From an uncultured Desulfobacterales bacterium (GTDB lineage: Bacteria; Desulfobacterota; Desulfobacteria; Desulfobacterales; QNYZ01): a stretch of DNA of 64,000 bases. The notes under the pieces are model-generated. The model searched no databases and was not told the origin of the DNA. It saw nothing but the letters and a program-made list of their open reading frames with translations. Below, piece after piece: positions 16,151 to 24,782 of the stretch. The number at the start of each line of letters is the position of its first letter. The first letter of the stretch is position 1. The DNA lies in contig CAZNZW010000002.1 of the NCBI GenBank assembly GCA_964577615.1, positions 24,333-88,332 of the forward strand. Reading direction: 5' to 3'. The translations under genes and the position numbers were made by a program.

Positions 16151-17128
16151 ATGGGTCTAAAAAAATATATTCTTCGGCGGCTGGCAGGGGTGATCGTTAT
16201 CTTTTTCATTATTCTGACCCTGCTGTTTATTCTGTTTCGTCTGGCCCCCGGAGATCCGGTGTCGCGGATGGTCGACCCCAGCCTGACGCCGGAGGATGCG
16301 ACCTACCTGATCGCGCAACTGGGACTGGACCAGCCCGTGGCGATCCAGTATCTCTACTATCTTAAGAATATCTGTACCGGGTTTATGGGGTTTTCCTTTC
16401 ACTACGGCCTGCCGGTGACCGATATCATCCTCGACCGGCTGCCCAACACGATCTACCTGTTTACCACTGCGGTGATTTTGTCGGCGCTGCTGGGTATTTT
16501 TCTTGGGAAAATTGCGGCCTGGCACCGGGGCACCGGTACCGATTCGGTAATGACCATTGTGGCGCTTTTCTGCCATACGCTCTTTCTCCCCTGGCTGGCC
16601 CTGATCATGATCTGGTTTTTTGGATACAGGGTCGGCTGGTTCCCGTTGTCCGGTATGATTTCGCCGGAATTGTGGGTGACGCCCTCAACCGGCGCGGCGG
16701 CAAAATTTTTCGATGTGCTGCACCACATGGCCCTGCCGCTGGTTACATTGATGGTTATCCATTTCGGCAGCTATCTCCTCATCATGCGGAGCAGCATGCT
16801 CGATACGCTGAACGAAGACTACATTATCACGGCCCGGGCCAAGGGGCTCGACGAAAAGCGTATCCGCGATCATCATGCCGCGCCCAACGCCGCCCTGCCA
16901 CTGGTGACCAGTATCGGACTCAGCCTTGCCTTTTCCCTCAACGGCGGGGCATTGACCGAAACGGTCTTTACCTGGCCCGGCATCGGCCGGGAGCTGGTCT
17001 TTGCCGTGAGCAGCAATGATTACCCGCTGGCCCAGGCCTGCTTTCTGCTTATTGCCGGTGTTGTCCTGGTGGCCAACCTGATTGTGGATGTTCTTTATGC
17101 GTATCTGGATCCCCGGATTCGATATTAA
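16151..17128 (+). CDS. Peptide ABC transporter permease (DppB/OppB-like)
   Basis: 325 aa. The canonical N-terminus is 'KYILRRLAGVIVIFFIILTLLFILFRLAPGDPV'. The EAA-loop region is 'EDYIITARAKGLDEKRIRDHH'. Confidence 0.85.
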   Translation: MGLKKYILRRLAGVIVIFFIILTLLFILFRLAPGDPVSRMVDPSLTPEDATYLIAQLGLDQPVAIQYLYYLKNICTGFMGFSFHYGLPVTDIILDRLPNTIYLFTTAVILSALLGIFLGKIAAWHRGTGTDSVMTIVALFCHTLFLPWLALIMIWFFGYRVGWFPLSGMISPELWVTPSTGAAAKFFDVLHHMALPLVTLMVIHFGSYLLIMRSSMLDTLNEDYIITARAKGLDEKRIRDHHAAPNAALPLVTSIGLSLAFSLNGGALTETVFTWPGIGRELVFAVSSNDYPLAQACFLLIAGVVLVANLIVDVLYAYLDPRIRY

Positions 17129-17145
17129 CCCCAAGGAGTCAAAAC

Positions 17146-18084
17146 ATGCCGGAAAATGCGGCGACACGATCATTTTCTACATCTCATCCCCGACGGTCAC
17201 ATCTTCTATACCGTTTTAGATCCGGATGGGCAGTGTACAGAGAAAATCTGCTGGGACGTATCGGCCTGATCCTGCTGGCCGTTTTTGGCCTCATGGCGGC
17301 TGCCAGCTTTATTCCTCCCCTGATTAATCCGATTTACGACCCCATGTCCGGGGTGGACCCGCTGATCTCCCATGCCACCTGGCCGAGCCTGCATCACTGG
17401 CTGGGCACGGATTTCATTGGCCGCGACATATTCAGCCAGCTGTTAACCGGCGCCCGGATCGCATTTATCGTGGGGGTTTCTTCTGCGTTCATGAGCATTG
17501 TGGTGGGGACCATCGTCGGCATGGTGGCCGGCTATGCCGGCGGGATTGTTGACACGCTGCTCATGCGCACGGCCGATATTGTCATGGTCATGCCGACCCT
17601 TCTCGTTATTCTGATTCTGGCCGCGCTTTTCGGGCAACTCAGCATATGGATTATTGTTCTGCTGATTGCCGTTTTCCGCTGGCCGGCGGTTGCCCGGGTG
17701 ATTCGGGCCCAGACCCTTTCCCTGAAACGACGCCCCTTTGTTGATGCGGCACGGGTGACCGGAGCCTCTGTTTTTCGAATTATTTTCCGGCATATCCTGC
17801 CCAACGTTCTGCCGCTGGCGCTTTTGTATATGACGTTCAGGGTCACTTCGGCGATTTTGATTGAAGCGGCCCTGGCCTTTCTGGGATTCGGCGATCCGGG
17901 AACGGTCAGCTGGGGGATGATGCTTCAATGGGTCTGGAAAACAGGGCATATGTTTCAGGCCCCGTACTGGCTGCTGCCACCGGGAATCTGCATCTCTTTG
18001 ATTACCCTGTCGTTTTATATGGTGGGCCGGGCCATGGATGAAGTGCTGGATCCCCGTTTGAGAAAAGAAAAAGGACCTGAATAA
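17146..18084 (+). CDS. Peptide ABC transporter permease (DppC/OppC-like)
   Basis: 312 aa, with 'GTDFIGRDIFSQLLTGARIAF' and 'PFVDAARVTGASVFRIIFRHILPN'. Confidence 0.85.
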   Translation: MPENAATRSFSTSHPRRSHLLYRFRSGWAVYRENLLGRIGLILLAVFGLMAAASFIPPLINPIYDPMSGVDPLISHATWPSLHHWLGTDFIGRDIFSQLLTGARIAFIVGVSSAFMSIVVGTIVGMVAGYAGGIVDTLLMRTADIVMVMPTLLVILILAALFGQLSIWIIVLLIAVFRWPAVARVIRAQTLSLKRRPFVDAARVTGASVFRIIFRHILPNVLPLALLYMTFRVTSAILIEAALAFLGFGDPGTVSWGMMLQWVWKTGHMFQAPYWLLPPGICISLITLSFYMVGRAMDEVLDPRLRKEKGPE

Positions 18085-18085
18085 C

Positions 18086-19066
18086 ATGGCGCTGCTGGAA
18101 GTATCTGATTTAACCATCGGCTACCGGATTCGCGACCGACGTATCAAAGCGGTCGATTCGGTATCATTTTCCCTTCGGCGGGGGGAAACGCTCGGACTGG
18201 TCGGAGAATCGGGCAGTGGTAAAACGACCATCGGCATGTCTCTTCTGCGGCTGCTGCCAGATAATGCTTCGGTTTTGTCCGGCACCCTTTTGTTTGACGG
18301 CCAGGATCTTCTGACCCTGTCCGATGAGGCGATTCGGGCGATTCGCGGCCGCAGGATCGCCATGATTTTTCAGGCGGCCATGAACGCGCTCAATCCGGTT
18401 CAGCGGGTCAACGAACAGGTGGCCGAAGCGCTGCGGGTTCATGACCCCGACCTGAGCCGGCAGGATGCCCTGCACAAAACACGGGCATTGTTTGACAGTG
18501 TGGGAATTCCTGACAGCCGTCATAACAACTACCCCCATCAGTACAGCGGCGGCATGAAACAGCGCGCCATTATTGCCATGGCATTGAGCTGCGGGCCGTC
18601 GCTTCTAATTGCCGATGAACCGACCACTGCGCTGGACGTCATTGTTCAGGGACAGATTCTGAAAGAGATCCGGACCATCCAGGAAAAGACGCAGGTGGCC
18701 ATGGTATTTATTTCACACGATATTTCCGTTGTGGCCGATATCTGCCACAATATCGCCGTGATGTATGGCGGCCGGATCATCGAAATCGGCCGACGGGAAG
18801 AGATCCTGGCGAGTCCGGCGCATCCGTATACCCGAATGCTCCTGGCCTCCAATCTGACCCTGGCCGACCATGTATATCAACTGCCGCCGCTTCCCGATCC
18901 GGACACGGCCCGGGACAGCTGCGGCGAGGAGCTGGCCGGCTGCCCGTTCTGGCCCCGCTGTCCGGAGAACAGCGCCCCCTGCCGGACCGATGTCACCCCG
19001 CGGGTCGCCCTTTCGTCATCCCACCATGTCTTCTGCCTTAACATGGAAAAAGGGTCTTCGATATGA
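18086..19066 (+). CDS. Peptide ABC transporter ATP-binding protein (DppD/OppD-like)
   Basis: Walker A 'GESGSGKTT', signature 'YSGGMKQR' and Walker B '[12 protein letters not shown]'. The C-terminal oligopeptide-type extension has Cys residues. Confidence 0.9.
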   Translation: MALLEVSDLTIGYRIRDRRIKAVDSVSFSLRRGETLGLVGESGSGKTTIGMSLLRLLPDNASVLSGTLLFDGQDLLTLSDEAIRAIRGRRIAMIFQAAMNALNPVQRVNEQVAEALRVHDPDLSRQDALHKTRALFDSVGIPDSRHNNYPHQYSGGMKQRAIIAMALSCGPSLLIADEPTTALDVIVQGQILKEIRTIQEKTQVAMVFISHDISVVADICHNIAVMYGGRIIEIGRREEILASPAHPYTRMLLASNLTLADHVYQLPPLPDPDTARDSCGEELAGCPFWPRCPENSAPCRTDVTPRVALSSSHHVFCLNMEKGSSI

Positions 19067-20052
19067 ATGCAACAGCATCGCCCATCATCAGAGTTGACCA
19101 GATCAGCAAAATATACCGTCCCCGGCACAGCCTCGGCAACGCACAACCCGCCGCCCCTGTGGTGGCGCTGAACCATGTGTCCCTCGATATCCGGCCGGGA
19201 GAGATATTCGGGCTGGTGGGAGGCAGCGGCAGTGGAAAAACCACGCTGGGACGCCTGCTGGTCAAACTGGACAAGGCCGACAGCGGCCAGATTTTTCTTC
19301 ACGGGCAGGATACCACCGGTCTCCGGGGCCGCGCGTTAAAGGCGCTGCGTGCCCGGGTGCAGATGGTGTTCCAGGATCCGTATCAGTCCCTGAATCCGCA
19401 GTTGACGATTTTTGAAACCGTGGCCGAACCCCTCATTGTCCATCGTGCGGGCGATCAAGACGTCCGCGTTAAAAAAGTGGCAGACGTACTGACAACTGTC
19501 GGGTTTCATCCGGCGGAGGACTATTTCTCCCGCTATCCCCATGAATTGTCCGGCGGTCAGCGTCAGCGCGCGGCCATTGCCCGGGCCATGGTATTGGACC
19601 CGGAATTTATCGTGGCGGATGAACCGACGTCCATGCTTGATGCCACCAGTTCTTTTCAGATTTTCAAAATCCTTTCGGATCTGAGAGAAAAAAACCGGGT
19701 GGCGTTTCTTTTTATAACGCACAGCCTGGCGGCGGCCAATTTTCTGTGCGACCGCATTGCCGTCATTTACCACGGCAACCTCGTGGAGATGGGCCCGGCG
19801 CGGCAGGTGATTCAGCATCCGGCGCACCCGTACACCATGGCGCTCATCGATGCTCTGCCGGCGTATTGTCAGCATGCGGCCTGCCGGTTTTACAATGCGC
19901 TCATGGAAACGGATCGCCAGCTGCCCGATCAGGACCACTGCCCGTTTTTTGTCAGTTGCCGGCGGGCGGATCCGGATCAGTGCGCGACCCGGCAACCCGC
20001 CATGACCCCTTTGACCGATACCCACAGCGTTGCCTGTTTTAAGGCGGGATAA
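19063..20052 (+). CDS. Peptide ABC transporter ATP-binding protein (DppF/OppF-like)
   Basis: Walker A 'GGSGSGKTT', signature 'LSGGQRQR' and Walker B 'FIVADEPTSMLD'. It overlaps the upstream stop by 4 nt. Confidence 0.9.
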   Translation: MNATASPIIRVDQISKIYRPRHSLGNAQPAAPVVALNHVSLDIRPGEIFGLVGGSGSGKTTLGRLLVKLDKADSGQIFLHGQDTTGLRGRALKALRARVQMVFQDPYQSLNPQLTIFETVAEPLIVHRAGDQDVRVKKVADVLTTVGFHPAEDYFSRYPHELSGGQRQRAAIARAMVLDPEFIVADEPTSMLDATSSFQIFKILSDLREKNRVAFLFITHSLAAANFLCDRIAVIYHGNLVEMGPARQVIQHPAHPYTMALIDALPAYCQHAACRFYNALMETDRQLPDQDHCPFFVSCRRADPDQCATRQPAMTPLTDTHSVACFKAG

Positions 20053-20097
20053 CCGAAATTTCCCGGCATTGCCGGGCGATTCTGGATAAACACGGGA

Positions 20098-21540
20098 ATG
20101 ACCATGAAAAAGGCCGCGGCGCCATCACCGGAAAAGCATAACAGCGTTCGCCGTGTTCTATTGACGGGGATCTTCTGGCGGATTCTGTTAATCGAAGCCG
20201 TATTGCTGGTCGGGTCTCTGGCGGCGCGATATTTCTCTGCCGGCCACAACCTGACCATGCTTTTCTGGTATGCGGTCCGGATTATTCTCCTGATCACCAT
20301 TATTATTGCCTTCATGGTTGTGACCCTTCGCCGGTTTCTCGATCAGAAAATTATTACCCCTCTGGAAATTATCGCCGACGCCAACCGTCAGTTCATGGCG
20401 GATGACACCCGGGGACGAACCCTGTCTTTATCTGACGATACGCCGCGGGAAATTCGTGAAATTGCGGCCACGCGCCTGAAAATGCTCAATGCGATTTTAA
20501 AAGTGTCCGGGGATCGTCTCAAACTGGCCAATTTCATCCGGGAGACTTTTGGCCGCTACATGCCCGGAAAAGTCGTTGATGAAATCCTGGAATCTCCCCG
20601 GGGGCGGCAGATCGGTGGCCGGCGGGAAACGGTGACTGTGCTGATGTCGGATTTACGGGGCTTTACCGGCCTGTCGGAAGATCGGAGCCCGGAAGATCTC
20701 GTGGGACTGCTGAACCTCTATCTCGACCGGATGTCCGAAGTGATTCACGCCTATGACGGGATTGTTGACGATTTTATCGGCGATGCCATTCTGGCTGTTT
20801 TCGGCGCGCCGGAAAAACATGACGATGATCCGGCCCGCGCCGTGGCCTGCGCCATTGCCATGCAGAAGGCCCTTCACGTTTTCAGCCGGGAAGCCATCCG
20901 GAAAGACGATCCGCCGCTTGAAATGGGGATCGGGATCGAAACCGGGCCGGTGATCATGGGAAATATCGGCTCGGAAACACGAATGAAATACAGTATTATC
21001 GGGGCCACGGTAAATGTCGCCTCCCGGCTGGAGTCTCAGACGATCGGCGGCCAGATTGTTATCGGCGAAACAACCCGCCAACTGGTCAAGGACAGTGTTC
21101 AGACCGACCCGCCGCTGCATATTATGATGAAGGGCATCCGCAACCCTCTGGTCTGCTATCCGGTGACGGGTATTGGCGCGCCGTACAATTTGACACTGTC
21201 ATCTGTCGGCGGTGCTGACCCGGCCCGGCGGGAACTGCCGGTGCAGTGCTGGGAAATCAAGGATAAAATCGTTGTTCCGGAACCGATATCCGGTCGGACC
21301 ATTACCCTGGACGAGCACCGGTTGACCATTGCCTTGAGCCGCCGGCTGCCGGTTCTGACCGATGTCAGGCTGCGGCTGGGCGGGGAGACGCCGCATCGGT
21401 TCGGTGATATCTATGCCAAGGTGATTGCCGTTGATACCCGATTGGATGGGCCTGTACATGTATTCAGAATCACGTATATCAATCGGAATGACTGCCGGTT
21501 GCTCCGGCGTTTTGCCCGTGAGACAAATGCCGGAGCGTAG
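20098..21540 (+). CDS. Membrane-anchored class III adenylate/guanylate cyclase with an unassigned ~130-aa C-terminal domain
   Basis: 480 aa with two N-terminal hydrophobic segments. The cyclase homology domain is 'VTVLMSDLRGFTGLSE...DDFIGDAILAVFGAP...GIGIETGPVIMGNIGSETRMKYSIIGATVNVASRLES'. The C-terminal 'ELPVQCWEIKDKIVVPEP...HVFRITYIN' is unrecognised and may be a PilZ-like beta-barrel. Confidence 0.8.
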   Translation: MTMKKAAAPSPEKHNSVRRVLLTGIFWRILLIEAVLLVGSLAARYFSAGHNLTMLFWYAVRIILLITIIIAFMVVTLRRFLDQKIITPLEIIADANRQFMADDTRGRTLSLSDDTPREIREIAATRLKMLNAILKVSGDRLKLANFIRETFGRYMPGKVVDEILESPRGRQIGGRRETVTVLMSDLRGFTGLSEDRSPEDLVGLLNLYLDRMSEVIHAYDGIVDDFIGDAILAVFGAPEKHDDDPARAVACAIAMQKALHVFSREAIRKDDPPLEMGIGIETGPVIMGNIGSETRMKYSIIGATVNVASRLESQTIGGQIVIGETTRQLVKDSVQTDPPLHIMMKGIRNPLVCYPVTGIGAPYNLTLSSVGGADPARRELPVQCWEIKDKIVVPEPISGRTITLDEHRLTIALSRRLPVLTDVRLRLGGETPHRFGDIYAKVIAVDTRLDGPVHVFRITYINRNDCRLLRRFARETNAGA

Positions 21541-21568
21541 ATCCGCCGACTGTTGAAAGGAGCCGCCC

Positions 21569-22333
21569 ATGTGCCGCATGCTGGCCATTTACGGAAAAAT
21601 AAATCACTGGAAGGAGATTGTCATGGCCTTCCGCCAACAGGCCGATACCGGCAAAGTACCTCCCAGGAAAGGCATGCTTCCCGGCCACAAAGACGGCTGG
21701 GGAATGGCCGCCGCCGATCTGCGGGGAAGGGCCATGGAGACGCTGATACGCCGGCCGGGTTCCGCAGCCGACGATCCGCTCTTCGAACAGACCCTGGCCG
21801 GGATCGATCCACAGCCGTCCATCTTCATCTGTCATCTTCGTAAAGCCAGTCCGGGTATTGCCGTGACGCCGGAAAATATCCACCCCTTCCTTGCCGGCGG
21901 GTGGGGATTTGTCCATAATGGAACGATTTATCAGGCCGAAAAACTTCCCCGCGCATCTGATCTCACGCCCACTTCGAGCGGCTCCGATTCCGAGTATTTT
22001 TTTCACTACCTGCTGTCGTGCCTGAAAAACAGGGCCGAACCCCGGGAAATGGTCCGGGTGCTGTCCGGGGCTGTTGCGCAAGTGGATATCGATTACACGG
22101 CCTTAAACGGTTTTCTGGCCAACGGCAGGGACCTGTTTGCCATCCGCAGGTATAGAACCCATGCGGCGTATTATACCCTGTATTGCCGCCAGATGCCCGG
22201 CGGCGTTCTTCTGGCCTCGGAACCTGTGTCGGCCGAAGGAATCCGCCGGGAAGACTGGGCGTTGATTGAAAACAATATGATCTTAAAAATTAGCGGCGAC
22301 CGGCCCCGGATTACGGCATGTCGTATCCGGTAA
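21569..22333 (+). CDS. Stand-alone class II (Ntn) glutamine amidotransferase-fold protein (YafJ/EgtC-like)
   Basis: 254 aa. The N-terminus 'MCRMLAIYG' puts the nucleophile Cys at position 2. 'HKDGWGMAA', 'HLRKAS' and 'NIHPF...FVHNGTI' are typical of GATase_4/6 proteins. Confidence 0.7.
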   Translation: MCRMLAIYGKINHWKEIVMAFRQQADTGKVPPRKGMLPGHKDGWGMAAADLRGRAMETLIRRPGSAADDPLFEQTLAGIDPQPSIFICHLRKASPGIAVTPENIHPFLAGGWGFVHNGTIYQAEKLPRASDLTPTSSGSDSEYFFHYLLSCLKNRAEPREMVRVLSGAVAQVDIDYTALNGFLANGRDLFAIRRYRTHAAYYTLYCRQMPGGVLLASEPVSAEGIRREDWALIENNMILKISGDRPRITACRIR

Positions 22334-22357
22334 CGCCGTCGCCCGGGAGGATTACCG

Positions 22358-23545
22358 ATGCTCAATCCCCACCTGGAACCGACCATTGTCAGGGAAGTGG
22401 CGCCGTTTGACATTGACGGTCTGGCCATGCCTTATCCGGATTTTGTTGCCCGTCTTTACAATTACTGCCGATCCCTGGGGTTTCACAAAGGGCGCATGAT
22501 GCCCTCCCGGGCGTTTTGTTCCGATGAGAATCAGGGCCTTCCCATCATTCTTCTTACCCAGCATTTCGGCGTTTTCCCGTTTAATCATGGCCGGGTGGGC
22601 GGCATTCTGGCTGTCGGGCGGCATGGGCCGCATGCCCAGCATGGCGACGATCTGGTGATTGTGCAGGCCAGTCATGTCGGGTATGACCCTGGCAGCGGTG
22701 AATATGGCACATATCGTCGCGCCCGCCTGACCGGGGATAACCGTTGCGCCTCCTGCGGCAAGCTGACCCATGTGATTGCCCCCTATCTGGCGCGCTATCG
22801 GTTTGCCCGGGATCGGATTTTTCTCAGCCGGGATGACAGCGACCGTTGCCTCGTTACAGTGAAAAATTCATTTGTCGATTTCGGATCCTGCCCGGTGGCG
22901 CATGGGTTTGTTTTACGCCTGCCCAATATGGTTGACCCGGATGCGCAGGGGCTGATCCGGCCGATTGCGGCGGCAAGCGCCACTCAGACGTATGAAATTT
23001 CCGCTGATTTCAAGCGGCGCCTGGAAGCCGGGGGCCACGTCTGGAAAACAGGGCGGGGGGCGCCCATTGGTGAGCTTCTGACAGCGGATCTTTTCTTTTT
23101 CAGAGAAAAATTTCACGCGACGGACGACGCGCTTTTGCTGGAAAGAAATCTGATCGAATTCATGCCGGCCATTGTCAGTGCCCGTTATCCGGCACTTGAG
23201 GCGGCCAAAACCAATATTCAACTGGAATTTGCCCGGGTGCTTGAGTCGATCCGCCGGTGTGAAGAATACAAAGGACGCAATCTTCTCTATATCTCCGGGC
23301 TCAATATCGATATCTCAGAATATCAGGGGGCGCCCCCAACCAGTTATTTTGTCCCCTGGGCGGCGCATGTTCAGCAGGCCGGTGCCGGTGGTGCGTCCCC
23401 GGATGACGCGCACCCGGTGGAGCAAAAAGACCTGTTTGCCGCGCTGATGGCACAAAGTCCGACCAATCCGGACCGGGCGGATCTGGATGAAAATATTCTC
23501 CGCATGCAGGAAGCGCCCCGCCTGGAAATCAGAGAAAGGGGGTAA
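22358..23545 (+). CDS. Hypothetical protein; possible LCIB/LCIC-like beta-carbonic-anhydrase-fold protein (tentative)
   Basis: 395 aa. Candidate Cys/His/Cys ligands sit in 'SRAFCSDENQG', 'QASHVGYDPG' and 'NRCASCGKL' (Cys54, His106, Cys130 by my count). This spacing recalls the beta-CA-type zinc site of LCIB proteins. The assignment is from memory and was not searched. Confidence 0.3.
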   Translation: MLNPHLEPTIVREVAPFDIDGLAMPYPDFVARLYNYCRSLGFHKGRMMPSRAFCSDENQGLPIILLTQHFGVFPFNHGRVGGILAVGRHGPHAQHGDDLVIVQASHVGYDPGSGEYGTYRRARLTGDNRCASCGKLTHVIAPYLARYRFARDRIFLSRDDSDRCLVTVKNSFVDFGSCPVAHGFVLRLPNMVDPDAQGLIRPIAAASATQTYEISADFKRRLEAGGHVWKTGRGAPIGELLTADLFFFREKFHATDDALLLERNLIEFMPAIVSARYPALEAAKTNIQLEFARVLESIRRCEEYKGRNLLYISGLNIDISEYQGAPPTSYFVPWAAHVQQAGAGGASPDDAHPVEQKDLFAALMAQSPTNPDRADLDENILRMQEAPRLEIRERG

Positions 23546-23585
23546 TCCGCCGTAATGCCGGCTGCCGGGAAACTGGCCGGCCGGT

Positions 23586-24782
23586 TTAAATTGTTTTTGT
23601 CCAGCGCGCCATGCGGTCAAATGCTTCGGTCAACTCCTTTTCTTCAGCGCCGAATGATATTCTCAGGTGGCCTTCCCCCTGGGGGCCGAAGGAACCGCCG
23701 GGAATGGTTATCACCCGGGCCTCGTTCAGGATTTGAATGGCCACGTCCCGGGATGGACGGTTGGTGAACAGATAGCGGGCCATGACGTAAAATGCCCCCC
23801 GGGGCGCAACATAGGCGAATGTGTCGGCCATCTCGTCCAGCCGTCGGCAGCAGAGGTTTTTTCGGGCCGTCAACGCGGCCGTCATCTGGTCAACACAATC
23901 CTGAGGCCCGGTCAGCGCCGCCAGCGCGGCGTATTGCGCGGGCGTGGGCGCGCAGATGGCCGATGCATCGTGGGCCTTCATGATCTCGGTCATCAATGCC
24001 GTCCCCGCGGTGAGATAGCCGACCCGCCAGCCGGTCAGGGCGTATTTCTTTGAAAAGGAAAAAACCGAAACAACATGATTCCGGAATTCGGGAATGGCCG
24101 CCGGGCTGCGCGGCATCGGGGTGTCGTAGGTAATATAATCGTAGGTTTCGTCGGATATAATGAGGATGTCCCGGGAAACGGCCAGCTCGCAAAGGGCGCG
24201 GGAATCAGCGTCATCAAAGACGGTTCCCGTGGGATTGCCGGGATTGCACAGGATAATCGCCCGGGTGCGATCGGTGACAGCCTCCGCAATGCGGTCGATA
24301 TCCAGTCCCCAGTCCGCGGTGCGCAGGGGCACGAAAACAGGCGTGCCTTCGGCCAGGATTACCTGTTCGATATGAGAAGCGTAGGTCGGCGACGGGAGAA
24401 TAACTTCATCGCCCCGGTCAACGACGGTCAGGATGGCTGCCATCAGGCCTTCCATGGCGCCAACGGTGACAAGTATCTCGCCGTCCGGATCGACCCGGAT
24501 GTCTTTTTCTTCCCAGAGGGTGGCGGCAATGCGCTCGCGCAGGGCAGGCATGCCGGCCTGGAGGGAATATTTGCTGGCCGCCGGAGTCTGGCGCAGGGTA
24601 TCACAGACCGCATCAATGATGTGGGCGGGTGCCGCAAAAGACGGCACCCCCTGTCCCAGGGACACGCACCCGCCGATCCGGCTGGCCAGAACCGGCATTT
24701 CCTTGGTTGCCGAAATTTCGATCCGGGCGACTCGGCGGCTGATTTTTGGGGCCGGTCCGGCCGGTATTGAATGGGATGTCAT
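23586..24782 (-). CDS. Class I/II PLP-dependent aminotransferase (aspartate/aromatic aminotransferase-like)
   Basis: 398 aa. The PLP-lysine motif is 'VFSFSKKYALTGWRVGY'. Also present are 'LCNPGNPTG' and 'PGGSFG...LRISF'. Confidence 0.85.
   Translation of the reverse strand: MTSHSIPAGPAPKISRRVARIEISATKEMPVLASRIGGCVSLGQGVPSFAAPAHIIDAVCDTLRQTPAASKYSLQAGMPALRERIAATLWEEKDIRVDPDGEILVTVGAMEGLMAAILTVVDRGDEVILPSPTYASHIEQVILAEGTPVFVPLRTADWGLDIDRIAEAVTDRTRAIILCNPGNPTGTVFDDADSRALCELAVSRDILIISDETYDYITYDTPMPRSPAAIPEFRNHVVSVFSFSKKYALTGWRVGYLTAGTALMTEIMKAHDASAICAPTPAQYAALAALTGPQDCVDQMTAALTARKNLCCRRLDEMADTFAYVAPRGAFYVMARYLFTNRPSRDVAIQILNEARVITIPGGSFGPQGEGHLRISFGAEEKELTEAFDRMARWTKTI

Noticed and set aside
9163-24782. 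Ergothioneine/ovothiol-like pathway idea: FGE-fold protein as EgtB, class II GATase as EgtC, PLP enzyme as EgtE, GshB-like as a thiol-peptide step.
   Set aside because: The FGE-fold protein has a signal peptide and no DinB domain. No SAM-dependent EgtD-like methyltransferase is present. The PLP enzyme is a convergent, ordinary class I aminotransferase. The genes are dispersed over 15 kb.
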